From Lama guanicoe (Eukaryota): a stretch of DNA of 45,269 nt. Position numbers and translations under genes: made by a program. Below are positions 36,935 through 45,269 of this stretch, in pieces (the first letter of the stretch is position 1; every line of letters starts with the position of its first letter). The notes beneath the pieces were generated by a model. The model worked only from the letters and a program-made list of their open reading frames with translations. It did no database searches and was not told the DNA's origin. The stretch covers positions 1 through 45,269 of the forward strand of contig MU054197.1 in assembly GCA_013239625.1 (NCBI GenBank), written 5' to 3'.

Positions 36935-39900
36935 AGACATTTTATTTTTAATTGAAGTATTACTTAATTATACATGAGACATTTTATTTTTAATTGAAGT
37001 ACTCTAGATGTACTATATTGTGTAGTTTCAGATGTACAGCATAGTTATTCTTACCACTTTGTAGTTTATATTGCATTATGAATTATTACAATGATTGTAA
37101 CATGCAATTGTTTTAAGCTAATATGTATAATTCCATAATCTATACAGATTATCTATGTTGCTTCCCTCCTTTATTTATACTACTTTTTATCTTTCAATTT
37201 TGTACCATTAAATTCTCTTTCCCTTCCTCTTTGGTAAACATAAATTTTTTCCCATATCTTTGAGTCTGCTTAAGTCTGGTCTCTCTAATCTCTTTACCTC
37301 TCCATCATGTCTCAATCTATATATCTATTTATCTATCTATTTATCATGTATATATCTATCTATCTGTCTATTTATCTATCTATCATGTATTATCCTTCTA
37401 TCTATTTATCTGTCATCTATCAATAGATAGCTATAGATAGATGTACACAAATATTTGTTATTCTTTATATTCCACATATAAATTATATTATAATCTTTTG
37501 TCTTTGTCTAAGTTACTTCACCTAGCACAATATTTAGTAGGTCCATTCATGATGCTGAAAGAGCAATGTGTTATACTTTTTATGGCTGAGTAATATTGCA
37601 CTGCATATTTATAGAAACAGAATATCTTCTTAAGTCCATAGTCTACTGAGGACACTTGGATTGCTTCCCTGTCTTGCATATTATAAACAGTACTGTTGTG
37701 AACATTTGTTCTTCTCAATTTAGGTTTTTTACCCAAGATTTTTTTGTAGGAGAGGTATAACGGTGTCATATGGTAGTTAACTTTTAATTTTTAAACAAAT
37801 CTCCATACTGTTTTCCATAGTATTTCCAAAAATTTACATTCCTTTGAAAAGTATACAAGAGATTTGTTACTTCCACATCGTCTCCAACAATTACTATTTG
37901 TAGACTTTTTGATAATAGCCATTTGGCCAGTTTTAAATGATACTGCACTGTGATTTTGTTTTGCAATTATCTAATAATTAGTAATGTTGAGCAATTTTAT
38001 CACTTGCCTGTTACTCATCTGTAAGTTTTCTTTGGAAAAATATTAACTCAGGTACTCTGCTTTTGTTTTTGATTGGGTTTCTTTTTATCACCTTGAGTTG
38101 TGTAACCTAAATCCATGTTACATCTATTAACTTACATCTATTAATCCCTGGTCACTTGCGTTGTTTGCAAATATGTTTTCCAATTACACAGGCAGTATTT
38201 TCATTTCACATTATTTCCATTTCACTGATAGTGTCCTTAGCTGTGTAGAAATTTTCAAGTTTGTTTAGGTCCCACTTGTTTATTTTTGCTTGTGTTTCTT
38301 TTGCCTTAGGAGACTGATATAAGAAAGTATTCCTATGATATATATCAAATAGGGTATCATCTATATTCCTTTCTTGCAGTTTAATAGTATCAGGCCTTAC
38401 ATTTAGGTCCTTAATAGAGTTTGTGTTTATTTTTGTATATGATGTCAGGGAATGCTCTCATTTCATTCTTTTACATGTAGATGTCCAGCTATCCAAACAC
38501 CATCCATTGACGTGACTGTCTTTTCTCCATTGTGTACTCTTGCATCTTTTATCACAGATTCATTGCTCATAGGTGTGTGGAATTATTTCTAGGCTCTCTA
38601 TCTGTTTTTATTATTTATATCTCTGTGCCAATGCCATGCTGTTTTTATTACTGTAGGTTTGCAGTATAGTAAGGTATCTGGGAGGGTTATACCTCCAGAT
38701 TTGTTGTTTTTTCCCAATATCATTTTGGCAATTTTTAATGGTTTCATGTGAAACTTAGAGTTATTTATTTTCTGGTTCTGTGGAAAATACTACATCTTCG
38801 TAACAGTAATTGCACTAAATCTGTAGGTTTCTTTTTTAGTACGGCCATGTTGACAATGTTCTCTTTCAATCCAAGAGAACACGGGATCTTTCCATTTCTT
38901 TGAATCATTTTTAAATTTCTTTGTCAATGTTTTATAATTTACAGTGTTTAGATCTTTCACATAAGTGGTTACATTTATTCCAAGATATTCGGGGGAATGG
39001 GGTTTTAAATACTTTTGCTTTCAACGTCCATTTTATGGTATCTCATGATTAATGTGTAGAAATGCAAGATACTTCTTTACATTAATCTTGTACCCTGTTC
39101 ATGAAATTATTTATTGTTCATAATAGTGTGGAGCCCTTAGGACTCTCTATGTAGAATGTTATGCCAGCCGTACTGGTGACAATTTTGCCTCTTTCGTTCC
39201 ATTTTGCATTTCTTTTACTTCTTTTTCTTTCCTTTTCCTTTCTTCTATTAATATTGAACACAAGTCGTGGGAGTAGGAATCCTTGTGTTGTTCCCGAATT
39301 TACCCAGAAGGCTTTCAGGCTTTCCCATGTGTATTATAAATTGTAATAAATGGCCTTTAGTTTGTTGAGGGATGTTCCCATTGTTCTCAATTTTATCAGA
39401 GTTTTGATAATGAATGTATGTTGAATTTTGTCAAATGCTTTTTCTTTGTGTGTTGACATGGTCTTGTGAATTTTGTCCTTCCTTTATTAGATATGTGTTA
39501 TGCTGATTGACTTGTGTATGTTGAACCATCCTTGTGACTCTGGAAGGAATCCAACTGATCATCATGTATAATCCTTTCTATATATTGGTGGATTCATTTG
39601 NNNNNNNNNNNNNNNNNNNNNNNNNNNNNNNNNNNNNNNNNNNNNNNNNNNNNNNTTTTTTTTAAGTAGTGTCTTTGACTAGTTTTTTATCAGGGTAAAG
39701 GTGGCCTCATAGAATAAATTTGGGAATTGTCCTTCCTCCTTCATTTTTTAAAATCGTTTTGTGGAAAGAGGTTTTAGTGAAGGCATCCAGGCATTATGTT
39801 CAAGCGGTGTTTTTAAAATTATAGATTTTATCTAACTTATACTGATTGCTCTTTTCAAGTTCTCAGTTTTCTTTTTATTCAGGGTTGGCAGTCTGTATAT

Positions 39901-41068
39901 TTCTAGAAATGTGGCTTTTTCTTTTAGGTCGTCGGGTTGGTTGTCATGTAACAGCTCATAATGCTTTCATAATCTTTTTATGTTTCTGTAATATCAGATG
40001 TTATTTCTACTGTTTCATTTCTTATATTGTTTGGGTCCAGTATCTGTATTTCTTAACAAGCCTGTTTAAATGCTTACCTGTTAGTTAATATTTTTAAGAA
40101 AATTTAAAGCTGTTGATTTTTTGATTTGTAATTTATTTTTCAACTTTTAATTTATTTATTTTCAACATAATCATTAAAGATTTCTCATTCTACCCCCTTT
40201 GGGTTTTTCTCTTATTTCTTGTTGTTTTGTGTGGTATGCTAGGTCCTTTCTATGAGGTTTTTCTTGTTCCTTCTAGAAGTCCTGATTTGTTCTCATCTTC
40301 CCTCTTAGATTTGTCTTTGCTGCATTCCATACGTTTTATGAAGCTGTGTTTTCATAGTAATGTATCTCCAGGTATGATTTTATTACCTCTTTGATTTCAT
40401 CTCGTCTTTGATTTTATCATTGACCTTGTTTTATTTTATTTTATTAAAGGATGTTATTTGACTTCATGTTTGTGCATTTCCTATTCTTCTTTCTAGAGTT
40501 GATGCATAGCATCCTACTTTTGTATATGGAGGAAAAATACTTACTGTAATCTATATTTGCTTAAAGTCCCTAAGGCTCATTTCATGACATAATATGTGGT
40601 TAATTCCTTAGATAACATCCTGTGCACACTTGAAAAGTTTGTGTTTTCTGCTGTTCTGATGCAGTGTCTAATAGCTCAGTAAGGTTCAAATGATCTAATA
40701 TGCTATTAAGATCTCTGTTTCCTTACAGATATTCTTCCTGGATGATGTGGCTATCAGAAAAGTGAGGTGCAAAACACATCTATTATTATTGTTTTATAAT
40801 GAATTAATTCTTTCATGTCTACTAAAATTTCTTTTTACACTTATGATCTATGGTTTTGGGTCCATATATTATTAAATGAGTGCAATACCCTGTTTTTTTA
40901 TTGATTTCTTATTCTTTATATAATCTCATATTTTTTTCATTTTGGTCTTATTTTAAAAATTATTTTGTATGAGTTGAGCATTGCAATCTGTACTTCCTTG
41001 TCATTTCCATGGAATATCTTTTACATTTTTTCCATACTATAGTCCACTTCCATAAAGTGAGACTTTCT
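36935..41068 (-). mobile_element. LINE-1 fragment, minus strand (paralog of 3405-6487, extending ~965 bp further into the EN region)
   Basis: Colinear with copy A to aagaaaat (40103), then continues with reverse-complement ORF2/EN sequence (gtgcacacttgaaaag, ggttttgggtccatatattatta). Confidence 0.9.
39601..39655. other. Assembly gap (55 N)
   Basis: Run of n characters. Confidence 1.
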
Positions 41069-42502
41069 GGGCGGGTGGCAAAGATGGTTGAGTAGAAAGA
41101 TGCTCGTAGCTCACACTTACCACAAAAGCACCAAGACTCACATCCACAGACCCACTCAGCAAACCAGAGAACCTACAGTAATCTGACAGAACATTGTCCT
41201 CTTCAACAGATAAAGATATGAAAAATATGGTAGGAGAAAAGGAAGAAAGAAAGAAGAAAAGACAAAATAGAGTGGGACAGGTCCCATGGGGAGGGAGCAG
41301 TGAAGAAGAACTGGTGCTCATTCATTGTGTCTCCCCTCTCCAACTGAGTGTTAGGCAGGACGGAGGGGGAGCCTACAAGGCTTGGACCTGTACATAGTAT
41401 AAGTTGACTGACAGAACTAAGTTAAACAGGTAAAGAGGATCCCTGTGACACCCAGCCAATGATGCAGCCCTGAAGCTGGGTGCAGGGCCATGCTGCCCTA
41501 GGTGGGTGGTAGATGGGGATGGCTAAACTGTGGCTGCCCAGGGAAATGGAGTGGGCTTTGTGCCATGGCTGTGGGTGCACAGGGCAGGACAACCTGGGTC
41601 CTCCATTAAACAAGAGGGCAGATGTGACCTGTGGGGGAAGGGTGCAATCCCCATCTCTGAAAATCCACAAAGGTTTTTAGGTTAAGAGAGCTGGGGCTCA
41701 GTCACAGCCACCATAGTCTCTGGAGCTTTGCACCCAAGTGGCATTGGGGTCAAAACCTGCATCTACATCTAAGGACTTAGCAGCCTCAAGGGCCAGTCAG
41801 AGATTTGTCTACAGCCTGAAGCAAATAGGATCCTACTGTCCTGGTTCCTCAGAGAACTTGTCTGCCAAGACATACAAGGAGCTGGGTTTTAGCCCAGACC
41901 AGGGACACAGCTGTTCCTCATTCTTCCATAAGCCCACTTCTGGTGGGCAAATCTGAGGCAGAGCGTACAGTGGCACAGAGGAGCAGAGTGATCGGCAACC
42001 TGAGGGGGCGGGTGGCCCCTCAAATTTTGAGCTGGAATGCAGTCTCTGACCATGGTGCTGGGAGAGGGCATGATGCACACTCCTGCCTGGTCAGTCTGCA
42101 ATAACTCACTGCAACATCGGGTAGGGTAGTGACAAGCAGCCCACAGTAAAGAGAGCTGCTCCAGGTGCAGTGATGTGTGCAGGAGCGATCTGCTTGCAGA
42201 TAGGCACTGGGAGCAACACAAATGAAGGCTCCAATGGAGGGCCTCTGAAAACAGAAAGATGAACTTCCAAAACAGGATGAATACAGAAAGACTTCACATT
42301 AAATGTACACAGTTTCTAGGAGGACACAGAAGACCCCTTGTTTTAATCTGTTTTTACCTGTTCCATTTTCTATTACTCTCTTAATTTTTACTTCTTATTC
42401 GATTATAAATAACCCCATTTTAATCCCTTTGAAGTTTTGATAAATATTTTTATTATTATTATTATTTTTCAAATCTCTGCTTCAACTTGCTTTCTAATAT
42501 TC

Positions 42503-42617
42503 ATTATACAATGTCTTCTAAGCTTTATTTCTCCCTTTTATTAAAATTCTTTATCTCTCAATTATACAATGTCTTCAAAGCTTTATTTCTCCCTTTTTTG
42601 AAATTCTTTCTCTCTCT
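42503..42617 (+). repeat. ~58 bp tandem duplication specific to copy B
   Basis: attatacaatgtcttc(t/a)aagctttatttctcccttt occurs at 42503 and 42561; single copy at 7921 in copy A. Confidence 0.9.
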
Positions 42618-43950
42618 CTCTCTTTTTTCTCTTTTCCAAGATGTATTATGACAAAGGCATTAGGTAGATATACTACTTTAGGACCAGAGTAGATAACTGA
42701 TACTCCATAAACTTCAGTGCCAGAGAGGTAGCAGAAAGATGAAGAAGAGAAACCATTCCCAATTAAAAGAACAAGAGAAATCCCCTGAAAGAATGATAAG
42801 TGAAATAGACATCGATATCCTAATAGATCAAGGTTTAAAAACGGAGTGATCAAAATACTGAATGAAATAAAACAGATAAAGTTTAGAGATACAAAATATG
42901 TCAAAAATGAAATGGAATCTATAAAGAAGAGCCAAATAGAACAGGTAAACCTGTTGACTGAGTTGAGGAAAGATATAAAGGGGTATCAAAGCTGAATATA
43001 TAACACAGAATAATGAATTAGTGACTTAGAATACAGGACAATAGAAAGCACCCAATCAGAAGAGCAACAAGAGAAACAAGAAACAAATGAAAAAAGCATA
43101 AGGGACCTATGGGTAATAGAAAGCATGCCAATCTTGGCATGATAGAAGTCCCAGAAGGTGAAGAAAGATCAAAGGGGATTGCAAAGTTTTTTTAGAAATC
43201 ATGACTGAAAACGTCCCAAACTTAAAGAAGGAATCAGATATCCAATACAGGAAGCTCAGTGTGTCTGAAAAAGGAAGAACTCAAATACACCGATACCAAG
43301 ACATATAATTAAGATGGCCAGAGTCAAGGAGAAAGAAATGATTCTAAAGACAGCAAGAGAATAGCAAAGAGTGAGTTACAAGGGAATCCCCATAAGGCTC
43401 CCAGCTGATTTCACTACACAAATACTACAGGCCAGAAGGGAGTGCAAGATATATTCAAAGTCCTGAATGAAAAAAATGATATACCCTAGGATACTTTAAC
43501 CAGCAATGCTATTCTTTTTGGTAGAAGGAGACATAAAGAATTTTGCAGACAAGAAAAATCTTCAAGAGATCAGCAACACTAGACCCATGCTAAAAGTATT
43601 ATTGAAATTTCTTCTCTAAAAAGAAAAGTAGCAGGATTCTACAGAAATGTGAAACTCACAGCTTCAAAGGTGATAACTCATGAATTACAAATAAAATAAA
43701 CCCAAAATTTTAAAAAAAGACATATGAATCATTGAGAATGGGAGAGGGAGGCAGGAAAAATAGAATTTTTTTTTGGTCTTTATTTTTAAATTTTTTCTTC
43801 ATGGTAGGATGGCTTTGAGATCAAGTTACTATCCATTTAATAAAATCAGTTATAGTAATGGTCTAATGGACTTATAAAAAAGGGTAACAAGAAGACAAAT
43901 ACTTTTCAGGGAGTCATTAAAAATAAATAAAATTCATGATAATACAAAAG

Positions 43951-44112
43951 AAAGTTACCAAATCTTAAGAGGAAGATGAAAGGAACAAAGAGGAAATACC
44001 AAATCATCTGCAAATATAATGTCAAATTGGCAAAGTTACCAAATTTTAAGAGGAAGATGGAAGGAACAAAGAGGAAATACCAAATCATCTGCAAATATAA
44101 TGTCAAATTGGC
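43951..44112 (+). repeat. 81 bp tandem duplication specific to copy B
   Basis: Units 43951-44031 and 44032-44112 differ at 2 positions; seen as the repeated peptide GTKRKYQIICKYNVKLA in ORF 43976..44305. Confidence 0.95.
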
Positions 44113-45269
44113 AATAAACCAAAGCATATCATCAATTATTGTAAATGTTAATGGCCTAAATTCTCCAGTTGCAAGTCATAGAGTGGCAGGTTGGATAAAA
44201 AAGCAAGATCCTTCAATATGTTGCATACAAGAGACCCACTTCAGAGAGAAGGACACACATAGATTGAGAGTGAAAGGACAGAAAAGGGTATTCCATACAA
44301 TTTGAAAAGCCAAAAAGGAGGTGTTGCAGAACTGATTTCAGACAAAGTAGCTTTTAATACAAAGGCCATAAAGAAAGATAAAGAAGGACATTTTATTATG
44401 ATTCAAGGAGTGATACATTATGAGGATAGCACACTCATTTATACATATGCACCAAATAGATGAGCACCTAAGTACATAAAATAATTACTAACAGATATAA
44501 AGGGGGATTCATATTTGGAGATTTCAACACTGCATTTACATCACTGCACAGATAATCGAGACAGAAAATAAAATAGGCAACAGAGAAGTTAAATAATAGA
44601 ATATGTGTAATAGTAATATTACACTTGGTGGATATTTTCAGAGCATTGCACCCCCCACAAAATAGGATATACATTCTTTTCCAGTGCATGTGGAACATTT
44701 TCCAGGATTCATGATGTACTTGAGCACAAAAGAAACCTCAGCAATTTTAAGAAAATAGAAATTACCCCAAGCATCATTACTGATCACAATGCCATGAAGC
44801 TAGAAATCAACAACAGAGAAACAAAGGAGAATAAAAGGTAAACATGGAGATTAAACAATATGTTATTCAAAAACCAGTGTGTCAATGAAGAAATCAAAGC
44901 TGAAATTAAAATATTCCTTGAGACAAATGAAAATGCAATCAAAACCAAATTTATGGGACACTGTAAATCAGTGCTGAGAGAGGGGTTTATAGTGATACAG
45001 GCATTCCTCAAAAAACAAGAATAACCCCCCAGAAAAACTTAAACCACCAGCAGAATAAACTAAAAAAAGAAGAAGTAAAATCCCAAAGGCAACGGAAGGA
45101 AGGCAATCATAAATATTGGGGAGGAAATAAATAAAATAGAGAAAAGTATAATCACCTCTGGCCAAACTCAAAAAGAAGTAAAGAGAGTTAGCACAAATTA
45201 CAAAAATAAGAAAAGAGAATGGAGAATTTACAACAAATAAAATAGAAATATAGAATATCATATCATATG

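Larger units (their letters stand above)
33536..45269 (+). repeat. Segmental duplication copy B (direct repeat of 1-10630), running off the window
   Basis: Colinear with 1-10630 including identical element junctions. Hand-counted samples: 5/127 mismatches (361-487 vs 33898-34024) and ~25/120 (1441-1560 vs 34991-35110). Confidence 0.95.
41069..45269 (+). mobile_element. LINE-1 5' UTR, disrupted ORF1 (42739-43619) and disrupted ORF2 5' part; paralog of 6498-10630
   Basis: 5' start gggcgggtggcaaagatgg. ORF 43976..44305 contains the EN N-terminus IIVNVNGLNSP...WIKKQDPSICCIQETHF. The ORF2 ATG is mutated to TTG at 44108-44110. Confidence 0.92.

Noticed and set aside
43951..44112. CRISPR-like or other repeat-spacer array
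   Set aside because: Two-unit tandem duplication without spacers, in eukaryotic L1 sequence.

Overview
Mammalian genomic DNA (not prokaryotic), very AT-rich and largely made of nested, decayed LINE-1 fragments on both strands. No intact protein-coding gene was found. The only gene-derived sequence is an unprocessed two-exon HSFY (heat-shock factor, Y-linked) pseudogene at 24665-26338 (+). It carries four premature stops, four frameshifts, both splice sites mutated, a lost stop codon and a CpG-decayed CRE-like site upstream. Positions 1-~10630 recur as a diverged direct copy at 33536-45269, implying a ~33.5 kb tandem amplicon unit with one HSFY copy per unit, as expected for a Y-chromosome ampliconic array. 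The near full-length L1 resembles, from memory, camelid L1 families and no lineage-specific SINEs were recognised, so a camelid Y is a plausible but unproven source. Other elements are a probable solo ERV LTR (16241-16680), a very old ERV-L-like remnant (~27540-29680), an L2 remnant, microsatellites, copy-specific micro-duplications and a 55-N gap. I found no convincing novel functional system; the interesting signals are structural and evolutionary.
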